Shown here in pieces: positions 27,300-40,210 of a DNA stretch of 64,000 bases. A model generated the notes under the pieces. That model was not told where the DNA came from and ran no database searches. It saw nothing but the letters and a program-made list of their open reading frames with translations. Position 1 is the stretch's first letter; each line of letters starts with the position of its first letter. Source of the stretch: Raillietiella orientalis (lineage: Eukaryota); NCBI GenBank assembly GCA_036172245.1, contig JAYWIR010000017.1:2046001-2110000 (forward strand). Direction: 5' to 3'. Made by a program: the position numbers and the translations under genes.

Positions 27300-30200
27300 C
27301 TGCATTTCAATAGATGCTCCTAGTTTATCGGATAAACGACGCCATCATAAGGTGCTTCATCTTTTCCTAGTACTTGCTAGGAACTCCGAGGTCGTGTAGC
27401 ACCACGTCGTTCTCTGGATCCCAGGTTCCGAGTGGACCGACGATGAAGGCATGCACCTTGCGGTGTTTCCCGTTCTAAGTTAACTGGAGGGTCACGTGGC
27501 TGAGCTGAACGTCTTTTCGCCACCCTCGAAAGGGCAGCAGTCATCCAGGACCACGATCCAATTGCCTTTCTGCAGTACCAAGTCGGGGCTCGAGGGAGAA
27601 GGAATTGCATCCCCGGAACTTTTAGGTTTACTGAAACCAGAGTCCATTTCACCACATCCACCTCAGCTTACTTCATCCTCCCCAGGATCGCATCATATCG
27701 CGCAGTGAACAGACCAGATTGACTCTTTCAGTGATTCATAGTGTGAGGAAACGTCTCATCCCACACCTTGCAGCGCCGACATGCACGATCCACTTTCTTC
27801 CTCCTGATCACTTCCCTGATGGGAAGAAGATTCAGATGAGCCGCGTGGATGAATCTGTAGTCTGGGAATCTTAAGAATTCTCTGGTTGTGGAAAGCATCT
27901 TGACACGCGATGCAGACCCGCTGCATGACCCTTCTCTGATTCATGTGCCTTTTTTATGTGCTCTCTGAGCTGCACTCTCGCCGGAGGCAAACTTCTCGTG
28001 TTGCTATTGAAAGTGATGTCGCCGATTGTTATACTGGGCTTTCCACCAGTGTTTCCAATGGGCTTCACTTCTCCTCCTTCCTTCTCCTGCCTCTTGTCCA
28101 TGAACTCCCAGTGCCTCCGCTGGACCTTGAAAATTTTCAGGAGGAAATGCCTGTCACGAACTCTCAGAGATCCTCATTCGATGGTGGTTCAAGGATTTTC
28201 TTCCAGATTACCTCACGGAGTGTCTCCTGAGCCAGTTCCTTGACCATATTGTCTGGAGCGGTGAGTAATTTGAGGCAGCTGTCCACGATGAAATGTCCGA
28301 TTTATCAGCCAGCTTCATTCATCCCAGGCAGCCCTTCTTTCTCTCTTCATATAGACATTCGTTGGCCTCCCGGGCCAAAAGATCCAAGACTTTACCCTCG
28401 AACTTCTCGGTCTACGCGTTGCTATTCTTCCTTCGGATGCGTTGCCAGCCTCTGGTAGTGGACAATGCTGGGAAAGAAGAAAGTCTTTAAAGCATCCATC
28501 TTCTGTTACGAGGAAAAACCACAAGATCTTGCCATCTTGGCGTACTCAGATCCTCCCCGTACTCCCCCCCTAATCGCCCGGAAAATCAGTTCCATGGCCA
28601 TGACGAAGAGGAGTGAGCTGAGAGGACAGCCTTGCTTCACCCCTCGACGCAAAGGGAAGATCCTCGTCGTCATTGACACCAGCAGGGTATATGTGGAGTT
28701 CCCGGATTAGATACCTTCTATGATGCTGATAAAATCGTTGCCCTCCTCGGAACTTGTCTAGTGTCTCCAAAATCGTCTCACGGGACAGTGCCCGAAGGCG
28801 TTTGCTGAGTCTATAAAGGCTGCGCAGATGTCCTGGAACCGACGGCGAGCAGAGTCAAGTCGAGTCGGGAGGACGAAGTCCTGCTCAGGCACCCCATCAA
28901 AAGACAAGAAGCCTTTTTGCTGAGCACCAATCACCTCGTTCTCCGTATTCAGTATCTTAGTCTGGACGACTCCGGACAATCAGCGTATAGCCTGAACGCA
29001 CTACTGCCGATGGAGATTGGCCTCCAGTTGGAGACGTCTTCAGCTGCGACGGAGCTATTCGGAACGAGCACCATTTTGCACATGTCCAATCTTCCGGGAT
29101 TCGACGAAAGTTCTTCAGCAAGTTGAATATTAGTTACGTTAGTCGCTTCGCTTCATGATCCACGCTCCTTTAACCGGCGTATGTTGTCTCGGGGGAGAGT
29201 TTTCGGAGTTGCGTAGCAATGCAGCAACCTCCTCCTGTAGGAAGGGAGATAGATCAAGGGAGGATATTTCCTTGGTTCTCACCAGCAGTATCTTTTCAGG
29301 GAGATTGCCATCGAATTGGTGCTGCTCCCAATGGAAGTACTTCTCCGGTGTATCCGGTTCGATATTGCATGTGTGATCCTGTTGGCCCGTGATGACACTC
29401 TTCTATTCATGATGTGAAATTTCCGGATGAAGGATTTGTCATTCGGGTCGACTCTCAGCTTCATTCCATGCTTCATTTCGGTCACTGTCTTTAAGACTTT
29501 GCGTATTTCGAGCGTCGATGATTGGTGCGCAATGAGGACGTCTTTCCAGCGCAATTCCTTATCCTCCATCAGCTTCTGAAAGCGAGCGCTCTTTCTTCGG
29601 CGAATTATCGAGGAATGGTTCGTTTCCATTTTCCCTTCTTGCTCCTCAGGTTCTCTGTCTTCCCTAGCATTGAGCTGTCACCCTGTGACTGCGCATGATG
29701 GGCATCCAGAGAGAGGGTCAATAACTTGCATCCTCTTAGGTTCCTGAACCCGTTGCTCCGGTTCATCCTCTTAGCTGTCTAGAACGGTGGGATATTGAAC
29801 GGGATCTGTGAGGGAAGGGGAGTCACTCCGTATCCTGTAATTAATAGAAACAAGTTGTGCTCTCTCTTCTTCAATCGTTGCATCGTTCAATATTAGCGAG
29901 CCTTCGATCGAATCCAGGTTGCCAAAGAGACTACCTTCCTCTGCGTCTTTTCATGGAGGCATTTCGAGCAGCACTTCCTTCTGCATGCTTTCCTCCTTCA
30001 TGTCCTCCGGCCTCTGTTCCTTTTCTTGCGTGGTGCAGTCACGACTTTCCTTCCCTGATGAGTTTAGGGACGAGCACCATTCAAAAACCCCTCTCCACCT
30101 TCTTGTGCCTCCTGCTGAGGATAGCTCTCGCTTTGCCTGATCCGCCCTCCCCCCGTGGAGAGGTTCACGCCACAGTCCGGCTTGCTGGAGAAGAACCTTG

Positions 30201-31080
30201 GTAAGACCTCCGCAGTGACCTGGTGAGGAACAGGTGAAGAGGGCTCCATGCTGCGGACGTGGCTCGACGGTCTTGATGAAAGGATGTCTATCTGGCATTT
30301 CCTGCATCTGTATTTGATCTGAGACTCTCCCGTTTTGCTCTCAGTCTCCATGTAGCGCTTTATCTTCTGAACCTGGTGGTGGGCAATGGCAGTCCTGGTG
30401 ACTGCACCCAACCACGCCACACGATAACGGTGGTGCCAGTGTAAAGAGTAAGGTGACCACGCTGGGCTGCGGGTCCCAGTTCACTCTTTGCAGCGTTTGC
30501 ATTAGTCAACACCTTGAATTCCGATTTTGTGTCGCAGCAGACATCAGGCAGTTCTTGCCACTGCGACTGTGGCGCAGTGGCATCCACGTTCCGAATACCT
30601 GGCGTTGGTTGGATGAGCAGAGGACAAGTGCTGTCAGACCCATGGTGGCCTTCAGACCAGAGAGAGAGCGCGCGCACAATCCTAGCCTTCAGGGTTCTGG
30701 ACATAACCAAAAAGTCATTAGCTTCTTGAGGACACCTTATCAAACTGGTATACACCTCAGAAGGCCAAAACCATCACTCAACCGCGGTCTGCGAAACCTT
30801 CATCCCGCTTCCAAACGAGCTCTCATTTCTCCACATGTGAGAATCGCCATCATCTTCGATGCCTTGTGAACATGGACAACAAACTTGGTATTTCTAGCCA
30901 CTGGAAAAAGGAAATGACAAGAGATTTCTCCTATCTCTATGGCACCCGTCGTGCTGATAGATCTGTCATAGAACAGTGGATGGTTTAGATTCAGAATCGA
31001 TTCTCTACGAATAGAGACCGGAGGTGCAGAATCAAGGAAACAGACTTTCCCGATCGAAAGATCTTCAAAGATCGGAAGGC
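27300..31080 (-). mobile_element. Decayed R2-group non-LTR retrotransposon (Utopia/NeSL-like: zinc finger - RT - CCHC - RLE)
   Basis: Motifs in order on the minus strand: YRCRKCQIDILSSRPSSH; VDPNDKSFIRKFHIMNRR; FLQEEVAALLRNSENSP; DVSNWRPISIGSSAFRLY; QQKGFLSFDGVPEQDFVL; FIDSANAFG; RGVKQGCPLS (~28618-28646); a broken YADD; DRACRRCKVWDETFPHTMNH*; PDLVLQKGNWIVVLDDCCPFE (PD..D nuclease, ~27580); IVGPLGTWDPEND. Numerous stops and frameshifts. The R2-group call is strong; the Utopia assignment rests on motif recall. Confidence 0.9.
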
Positions 31081-31099
31081 ATCACATAGCGAGCTGTCA

Positions 31100-31380
31100 T
31101 GAGCAGGAGACCCTCCCCATTAGGGGGGTGTCCCTCCAGAGTAGAAATTTCTGATCGTGGATCCTTTCCGGTTCCCCTTCGGATAAAAAGAAAATGGAGC
31201 GGACTCGGGGGTCCCTTCGGAGAGAATAAGGGAGGAGATTCCCTTCGGGGTTCCGCTTAGGAGACAACCAGCGTGGAGGTTCCCTTCCGGGATCCCTCCC
31301 CAGGCGTGAGAGGAACGGACTCCGTGTCCTTCCTGGATTCATAGGGAGGCCCCCTCCCGAAGTACCCCTATCTTGAAGAA
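31100..31380 (+). repeat. Partial copy of the SINE-like repeat at 38.8-39.6 kb (opposite orientation)
   Basis: Reverse complement aligns with ~38810-39070. The conceptual translations MNPGRTRSPFLSRLGRDP and MNPGRARSPFPSRLGRDP show the shared DNA. Confidence 0.85.
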
Positions 31381-32271
31381 ATCTCCCTAGTCGAGGCACT
31401 GCCCTCCTTCAGGGAGCACCTGGGCAGTAACCAGCCGGCCAGATAGAAGTTACGATGGGAGATCGGTGGAAGAGCGAAGAAATTAGGTGTTTGGACCACG
31501 GGCCAGCTCACAGACGCTGCGACCCCAAGTGCCCTACCGAAAGGACTATTGCGCTGGGGTGAGCTGCTGGTATTCTTACAGGAAGACCTCGAATGGCCCC
31601 AGCGCTGAGGAACCATCGGGCCCTCCCTCTAAAGTGGCAGGGGTCTGCACTTCTGCTGTTGCACTGAGTATCCCGTGCAACGCCTGCAGGTGTCACTCGA
31701 ACCGGGGGCTATGGACCCCAACTGCAGGTGCGGGGAACGTGAATCCCAGCTCCTCACCTGCTTGTAGACTGTGTTGCTCTCCGGACCCTGTGCTTGCGTT
31801 ACGCAACGACATAAACGAACCCCAGAGACGTGTTTAAGAGCCTCTTCGTACGCGATGCCTTTTCGCCTGCTGCATCCCCAGAAGCTTCTTGCTGCCTACG
31901 AAGGATTATAATGGCCCAGAGCTTTGCACCAAAACGACGGCGCGACAGGGGCACCATCTGCTTCGCCCTTCGCTTCCTGGGGATGGTAGCAAGATGGCCC
32001 CACCTGCAGCATACTCGGATGGAACTTGTTAGCATCCCGGAAACGATGCAGAGGACGCCCTTCAGCACCCGGTGATCCTTTACTCAATCCTCCCAATTTC
32101 TTTGTATATATTTGTTTGTTTTATTTTTATTTTTTGTTTGCCCCCTCCCCCTCCGCTGCCGAAGAGAACCTCGCCGGCCTGGGTGCAGAGCATTTTCAGA
32201 CAATGTAGGTCCTGTGTCCTTACACATGTTTATTTTTTATAATAAACGTCCCGACGTGATCGAGAGATAAA
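31381..32271 (+). mobile_element. 5'-truncated R1/LOA-like LINE flanked by a 15-bp TSD
   Basis: CCCTATCTTGAAGAA at 31366-31380 and 32272-32286. Encodes a W..RW..S..GVWTT-like motif, SIPCNA, and DPNCRCGERES..HLLVDC (CxC-H-C knuckle typical of R1/I-group ORF2 ends), followed by a T-rich 3' UTR with AATAAA. Confidence 0.85.
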
Positions 32272-35200
32272 CCCTATCTTGAAGAATAAATCTTTTGGCC
32301 AAGAAGGCACACATGCATTTTCTTACCATGCAACTTTTCTCCTATTGGCTTCCACCATCGAAGGCACAGTGGGCATGAGGCGGTTTGAAAGCTGCTAGGA
32401 GGCAGCCTTGTTTTGGGTTGCCGCATAAGAAATCACGTCGCCGGAGAAGCACAAGATACAGTAGCCTCTCAGGTGCACGATTTTGTCATCGCTCACGTGT
32501 ATCAGCTTTAACTCTCGAGGCTCCCTTCTGAGAGAATTCTCGATCTTGCGAAATCAGCTGCAATGTACTCCAGATCTTGTCTGAGATTCTAGCTAAGTGT
32601 TCGCTCCTAGATTTTCTTCGGGACAATCTGAGAGATCGTTGCATTTCACAATTATCACCTGCTTTTATTTCTGGTGGACCCGAAAGTGGGTACTCGATTT
32701 CGTATCACCGCCGTGTTGAATGGTTTTCAACTTTACACTTGCGAGCCGCTGTTTTCATCATGCTGCTACTCATTCTGAAAACTTTTTAAACTGTAGAAGA
32801 ATTTCCTTCCGTGAATGCTTTCGCGCGCAGAGACAACACTGACCAAATAGCACCGCACGCCGCCCTGTGGACGGGTGGTCGGAGAAGCACGTGTCTCACA
32901 GCAGCACGTAACCATGAGCAACGCCCGCGTTAGTCTCGTCTGTGCAGTGGAAAATGCATGAGCGAACTTGTAAACACTATCTTCGGAACTGATGATTATG
33001 GTACATGCTGCAGTGCTGGCTTTGATTGATCGAAAACCTGAGGAATCCAGTGGGCAGGCATTCTGACCATCATAGACGGTGAATTCTGAATATGAAGTCA
33101 TCCAATATTTAAGATCAGCCTGAGAAAAAATGAGCCACTCTCCTAAGCAATGCATCGTTTCCTCAAGCTGCGATTCTCTTCACGTTTCAAAGGCAAATGT
33201 TTGCATCCACTGAGAAAACGATGGGATTCCTAGATCTCGCTTCGTGATTGCGTGAGCAGAGAGGATAGGAGCTGATAGCCGTCATCCCACTCGCTTTGAC
33301 ACGTTCCATGCAACTTGCGAAACAGCACTGTAAACAATCGTATCGTTCTGGCTGACAAGATCAATTCTTATCAAGAATCATGTTCTTCGAATATCCTTCT
33401 CCGAAAACATCTTATGCTTGCTGTAGGACTTTCACAATAGGAGACGTAACAGGAGCGCTTTCGAGACACAAGTTTTCGAGCAACGGTCTACTAGTGTCTT
33501 CAGAAAACACCGCCGCTTTCGCGATGTTTCCGAAGATAACATGGGAAACATTGTTCTCTTGGACAACATGGAAAACATCATTCTTTTCCCATATTATGCA
33601 AGAGTGTGCAGTACACATAGTTGTGAGAATCGAGTCCAGTTTGCGACGACAGATGTTCCCAGTTTCTTACCCTTGAGCTGGCTCTGAGGAGCTTGCTAGT
33701 GCGAAACACGCCTTGCAGCGAAGAGAAGTTTCCTAGTCATCTGAGAGAAAACAATTGCGAGCTGAAATTCATATAGGTAAGGCGTATATTGGCAAGACCA
33801 AATGAAAAGCACTCAGAGAATAAAGAGGATTCTTCTGATGGTGAATTTTCCTTCAGATTCGCATTTGTTTGCCGCTTCCTTCGGCACAGGGGTGGATTCT
33901 GTAGTTTGCTCACATAAATGGGTACTGCTCGGGATTCATAAGCGAGACATTCACAGGTAAGATCCAGTTTTCCCACGGAAGCCCAAGGGATGACGATGAA
34001 CTAAACACGAGCTGCTGAGAGAAGCACGTTTATCGAAGGAGAGAAATCAAACTGAAATCAAGCTTGAGCGAAAGTTTGCATCATCTTCATGAGGAAAGAA
34101 GGAATCAAAGCAGCATCAGAGATCAACTGCTGGAAGAGCCTTGATGATCAGAAAGCACTTGCGCCGCTTAATTAGATTATTGGTGTCCTCGTTGATCTTG
34201 GCTACGTTCTAAACGGTAAAGGCCCTCGGTGATCTTTAACGCTCGTTGGGTGCCTCAAAAAAAAAAAAACATGTCCGTTCTCTTGTAGAAAATGCTTGAC
34301 AAGAGGTGTCTAATAAGTTATAAATCATAGAAGAGCTGTGATTAGCAAACTGGTTGATGATTCGATTGTCCTCTAATTAATGCGGCGCATCTGAAATTAA
34401 ATTTCATGAAGGACCATGACCATGGACGGTAATCTTGTCCGAACCGAGGTTGGCTGTAAATGTAAGAGGAAGAATACATCGTGTTTCCTGCGCGAATCGC
34501 AAAAACCTAATACCTTGTTTTAGCTCACAAGCTTACGGCTTTAATAGTTTCTAAAGATAGTTGACGGGTATACATTTTCACCAGTTCCAATTTCATGTTT
34601 TCTTTTATTTTATGGTAAATGTAGCATCACAGTTCCATTCTCGCAATTCTCTTCTGTTTCAGTTTTGGTGTTAAACTGACAACGATCACTTAGCGTTCTG
34701 CCAACTCACCAACACACCTAACAGAAATACGCCATTTCAGATCCATTTCTCACATTTCAGAGAAGCATGTTGTTTTCTCCTAAAGGCAGGCACAGCATTC
34801 CGATTCAGTATTTTAAAATTCTAAGCCGATCAATGATGGAAATAGGGATCTTATTGGAAGATGCCTACATGATGGCGTTCAAGGAGCTAGGAATATTGGT
34901 TTTTCAAAGAGTGGTCAGTGTTAAGTGAGTATGATTCTCTCTTTTGTGAAGAACAAAAAGATCTGAAAGATGAAGAACGGAAGGAATTGTTAGGGAATAG
35001 GTAGGTACTGAGGGTTGAAGAGAAACAAAAACTCTTCAAAAATAACCATATTTGCAGGATTCTGGATATTGTTTTATATGAAGGATAGTCATGTTATTAC
35101 CAATCATAAATACATAGCTTCGTACTCGCATCCAGAAAAATCACAGATTCGATTCACTCCTGGCTTTCAGTAGAGAGCATAAAGGAATTTCATAAATATT

Positions 35201-35949
35201 CCCAGAGTATGCTCTGTGAAAAGGTTCATTTTTTTGTTTATCCTGATGAAGTCTTTTCCCTTCATTCAAGAAAAAGCTGCTTTCATCTTTTTTCGACATT
35301 CAAGGTGCAAAATGCTAATTGTGTCTGTGAAGACTCCGTGAGCGAGTAAGGTCCAAGAATCTCCCATGGCTAATTTGAATGTCTCAGAAAGAGCGGATGC
35401 ATTTGCAGATATTAATACTCGGAGTCTGATGTTTGAGCTGAAAGACACGCCCAATTTGCGGGAAAGCACAGTCTGTTTTTTCTTGATTAAAATTGAGTGG
35501 AGCTGAGAAGCTTGGGAAATGAAATGCAAAAGGAGATTTTCTCTTAAAGACCCTATCACTGAGAGTTTTTTGCACTTTTTGGCTCCTTTGAGATATATCA
35601 AGTTGATCAGCAGATGGAAACCGTAGAACTCCTTAGTCGCATCATAATCAGCCATCCTTCACTTGGAATATCTCCGAACTCTCTCTGTCCTTTCTGTCAC
35701 CGAGAAAGAAAGACACTTTTCGGGATGGATTGCTTTCATTTTTTTCTCTAATCACGCTCGACGCCCAAGCCAAACATATGAGCGTGATTGTTTGCTTCCA
35801 GAAATTCCTATTAAAAAGGACAAGCTGGACACAAAACTTACTAAAGTATTCTTCCGTTTTTTTCAAGGCATCGAGTTACTCCTGAAACTCTGAGCAAGTC
35901 CAACAAGCATCATACTGAGCGGTCTCCCGCAATATTCGACATTTCACAG

Positions 35950-37320
35950 AATTCAGTGTAATCCACAGAAGGAATTCTTGTATCCACTAACTTCCTGCCT
36001 GAGTATTGTAATCTTCAAGCTTTCCTAAGACAGCTACAAAGCATCGTTCCTATCTTCCATTTCCCTGGACTCCTGGGAATCTGCAGGGGTTCTCCTTCCT
36101 CCCAGTAGGATATAGAGGGATCACACCGATGGGGTAGGTTTCGCACGCTTAGGAACGCTTCGAGTGTGCTCTTGCTCCACTGTTGTGAATCCTTGAAATT
36201 GAGTACAGCTGCGAAGAACTTCCAATGCTTGGAAGATCACCTATGGTTGAAACCGGTCCAAAGGAGGAAGACACCGTCTCTATGGCAGCTCCGTGAATGC
36301 TCGCTGGCTGTGGAAGGAGCACTTGCAAACAGCGATTTCCCGGCTTTTTCCTTCCAAAGGGACATCTGCGTATGCATCACGTTATGCACAAATACACTTA
36401 AGTACATGTGCCTGGGAATGAATGTGCTGTGACTGCATGTGCATTCAAGCAACCACCATGAATGCACGATGCGTGCGCCTACTATTGCGTGCACAGACCC
36501 ATCAATGTGTGCAGCTAAACAAATTCGCATGCATTTATAAAAACAACCAACCAACCATGGAAATGCGAGCGTAATACTGCTTTAGTTTTCAAGAGCTCAT
36601 GTTTCCAAGGAAACGCGGGAAAGGATCACCCAGCTCCGCTAATCCAAATGTTCCCTGCTACGTGTAAAGTTTCGTGGGAACGCTCGTGCAAGTAAGGTAC
36701 TCCTTCCTCCCCACCTCCTCACCCATCTGTTCTTTGAAGATCGAAGTACGTGAACAGACGTTTCCAAATAAGGATGGTGAGATTGGTGAACATGCAACTA
36801 AAGCGAAGCTTGGAGACTGAAAAGCTTAGGCCTCGGAATCACCAGTAGAAAGAAACTTTTAGTCTCTCTTTCAAGAGAATAAAAGAACAATGTTGCCTTT
36901 ACGATTTCGATATGGCTCTCTGGAGAAGGGGGATACTTGGAGCGTTTCTTGGAGGTTTCTGCAAGTTGGGAGTCTCTGCCGAAGACTTTCACAGAAGTCC
37001 ACAGCAGGATCCCTCTCTTACTATCGCTTGGTTCGCTCCCGATTCGACTTACCTTGTACTGCCAAAGATGCACAATAAATCGTCACGAATAAACGGATTG
37101 CGTCATCAGTTAACAAGACATCGGTGAGCTTGCCATTGGCGCATTGAGTGCACTGACTTTGTGATGCAGGTACGATCGAATATTTTTACTAGATGAACGA
37201 TTTGCTAGAGAAACGGGAAGATGCAATGAGGACAAAACGCAAGGAAGATTCCGACCGCTGAATCCCACCCAAAGTCCAGGTAATTCCGTTGGAATGCAGC
37301 TTCCACCTCTCACAATTCAT
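35950..37320 (-). mobile_element. Heavily decayed LINE ORF2 fragment (RT motifs 4-7, RNase H)
   Basis: KNIRSY (YADD region), SVKVFGR..SHIEIV (KYLG...HI), and YWEEG / GVQGN (RNase H WVxGH..GN). Confidence 0.35.
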
Positions 37321-37649
37321 CGGATGGAGGAAAACAATGAAAAGAGACGAATGGTTCAGAAGGAAGAAGGAGAAAAAAAAACGAAAAAGGAAAAATTAGG
37401 AAATCTGGAATAAGAACTTCCAGGAAGATTCACATAAATATAGTTTTTTTTTTTACAAAGTGGAGGCAAGGTCAAAAAAAGTCCCATCTATTCAAAAATT
37501 ACTTGTCAGTGGAAAGCAGAACATCAGAAGGCTGAAATATTTGTGAAAGGGACTATCTGGACCCAAAAAGAGAACCTCCGATACTTCTTGCATGGTGCTT
37601 CCTGCTTACAGAACCAGTAGACCGTCCCTGCTGTAGCGCAGAGGAAACA

Positions 37650-38760
37650 CCAAAAACCTGAGCAGGTCGAGAGGCGAAGTGATGGGGAAAGGAGGGGGGA
37701 CAAAATATAGCTGCTGCCCTCCAAAGAGGATGGAAAGAGGTGTTTGTTTACCCTCGAGCCACTTGAACTTCGCTTCGCATATCACCGAGACCACGAGCTA
37801 TTTAAGGGAACTCACTGCTCTGGAGCACCCCAGCATCCAGCAGCCAGGACCATGGCGTCTTGGACCATCTGCTCACCCTCCTCCTCCTGCTCATGAAAGA
37901 GCCTCTTCACGGTAAGCCGGATTTTTACTCACCCCGAACGCGCAGTCGGCAATTCCTGCCCACCGCCTTCTAGAAAAAATTACCCCAAAGTAATCAAGAG
38001 ATCAGAGGATCCATCCTCTGTTTGATTCCTGAGAAGCTCTTCTCAGGGATTCGCCCAAATGCCTCTAGGATTTACTCATGGAAAACTTTGGGTGACCTTT
38101 GACTTTGTGAACAGCTGCGCACGTCCCTGTTGAGAGCGATCAAATAGCATAACCGAAGAGGAAAAAAAAAGAGACACTAGTACTTTCGGAAGTAACGGTT
38201 CCCTCTCTCTTTTATAGGGTCTAGAGTGCAACCCATGGTACATGGTAGAGCATCTGTCCCTACCAAACGCGAGGCTCTTCACCACGCATCCCCTGAACTC
38301 GACTCATCTTCTGTCGAAGCCGACGGAACTCTCGAAATGACATAGGTGCATAGTAAGTGCATAGTGCATAGTGCCCGCCACCTTCAGCAGCATCCCGAAT
38401 GCTGCAAGGAAGGATCCGCGCCGGAACGAAAAGCTTTCCTGCAGCGGGTGTAGCTCAAGCCACGGGATACAAGATCTTCTGCAACTTACGATCGACGTCC
38501 GCCTCATCAACTCTTCAGAGTCCAACAAACGAGGTGAGCTCGTCGTAAACTGCCGGACCAGGACTTAGTCCAATCACCTGCCTCCCGAAAATCAAAACCC
38601 CTGTGGGGTCCTAAGTTCTTCCTGAGGCATGGCTCTCGGCTCATCGAAAGGAAAGCCACATCAGCTACCTTTTTTTTTTTTCTTTGGTTCTCTAAGTACC
38701 TCAGAGCCGGTCGCGTGCCTCGCGGCGCACGTGGCTCTTTTTTGAACATTAAACACACTA
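37650..38760 (+). mobile_element. Decayed LINE 3' part (RNase H to 3' UTR), probably the same R1-like family
   Basis: RSDGERRG (TDGS-like), RELTALEH, NAQSAI, GLECNP, THLL, then a GC hairpin, a T-run and ATTAAA near 38750. Confidence 0.5.
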
Positions 38761-38769
38761 TTTTGTTTC

Positions 38770-39620
38770 CACGCCCCTCCGCCCGCGGCAACCCGCAGGG
38801 GGACGTGTAATTCTCCAGGATAAAAGGCACCCCTGGATGGGGTCCGCCCTATGAATCCAGGAAGGGCTCGGAGTCCGTTCCCCTCACGCCTGGGGAGGGA
38901 TCCCCCGGAATGGAGACCACCTCCACCCTGGTTGTCACCGAAGGGCAACTCCGAAGGGAATCTCCTTCCTCATTCTCTCCGGAGGGACACCCCCCCTAAT
39001 GGGGAGAGGCTGTCCTCTCCATTTCAACTTCATTTCAACTTCTCCGAAGGGAACCCGGAAAGGACCCGTTAGTAGGAATTTCTTTTCCGGAGGGAACCCG
39101 CAGGGGAACCGCTCCTGTTCACTCCTCTGAAGAGAACCCCGAAGGGACGCTTCCGAAACTCAGAAGGGGCGCTGCAGCATCCCGCAGGGAATCGCTCTCG
39201 CTTGCTTCCTTGCACTCTGTGAAGAGGTGACGACTCGGAGGGACCCCTCAACAGGGGGTACCCGCTCCTTTGAGCAACTGGAGAGGTGTCCGTGAGGGCT
39301 TCTGCTCCATTTTGAAACCGGAGGGGTCCCCCGGTGGGGGGATCCGCTCTCCGTTGCACGACAGGAGGAAGAACTTCCCACTCCTTGATTCCTGGGAGGC
39401 CCCGAAGGTCGACTCCCATTGTTCCGGCCTTCATCGGGGGCCTCCGGCTTAATCCACCGCCGGTGCCACTGCCGAATGTCTCGGCCAACCAGCGCCATTG
39501 CAGGAGAAACTCGGAACCCGACGACGCAGTGCCGTCAGAGTTTCTGCCGAAGTATTCGAACCCGCGACGCATGGTGCCACACGCGGAAGCCTTAATCATA
39601 AGGCCTCCGACGCGGGCTGA
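38770..39620 (-). mobile_element. tRNA-headed SINE-like element with GC-rich structured body
   Basis: Minus strand carries an A-box-like AGGCCTTATGATTAAGG (39606-39590) and a B-box-like GGTTCGAATAC (39562-39552) at tRNA-like spacing. The body is repeated at 31100-31380. No recognisable protein. Confidence 0.6.
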
Positions 39621-40210
39621 CGACTTTCTTTGGTCTCACTGTCGTAGACATGTGAGGAACTAGTCTGTACCTCTTCTGTATCAGTCACGAGTGCATTATC
39701 ACTTAGCAAAATTATCAGCATTTTAATGTCAGATTGTTAAAATAAAACCCACTGCACTCAAAGCAGCTCCATTAGAGAGCGTTAGCCGTTGAAGTAAAGG
39801 AACCGATGAAGCCTCACGGAAACTTGTCTGCGCCCGCTTAGCTTCCAGGATTATTTGTGGTCGCTCGCAAGTGAACAAAGAGAGCTCTCTGTGAGAAAGG
39901 AAGAGAAAGGAACAACGAAACACCCATAAGGTATTCACAGTACGAAACACCATGAGTTATGCTGCAAAGTAATGGGTTCCACAGATTCTCAATAGCCCTT
40001 TTAGTATGGAAGGACAACACATATGTACTCTGGTACAGACACCGATAAATTTTCTCAAAAAGCATTTCGATCCCAGGATTTAGCTTTGGAAGGTGTTTCA
40101 TGATCTCTTTAACTACTCTAAATGTTTCTGGTGCGACCATGGAAATCCTGCTGGTGGTGTGCCGCATATGTGTTAATTTGTGTTCTTCCAAATCGATAAA
40201 TTTGTGATAG

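Noticed and set aside
30055..30076. Hammerhead-like CTGATGAG...GACGAG
   Set aside because: Lacks GAAA, stems I and III are not evident, and it is antisense to the Utopia-like ORF.
32766..35900. Protein-like minus-strand ORFs (32766-33155, 33412-33618, 35266-35866)
   Set aside because: May be decayed exons, but no family was recognised and no consistent splice model could be built.
39440..39540. HDV-like ribozyme resemblance on the minus strand (CTCCTGCAATGGCGCTGGTTGGC...)
   Set aside because: P3 and P1 pairings are broken, there is no clear catalytic C in J4/2, and a competing GAAACTC/GAGTTTC hairpin exists. A family consensus plus an Infernal search would be needed.
39545..39620. Functional tRNA gene
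   Set aside because: A/B-box-like motifs are present, but acceptor and anticodon stems do not form. Treated as a SINE head.
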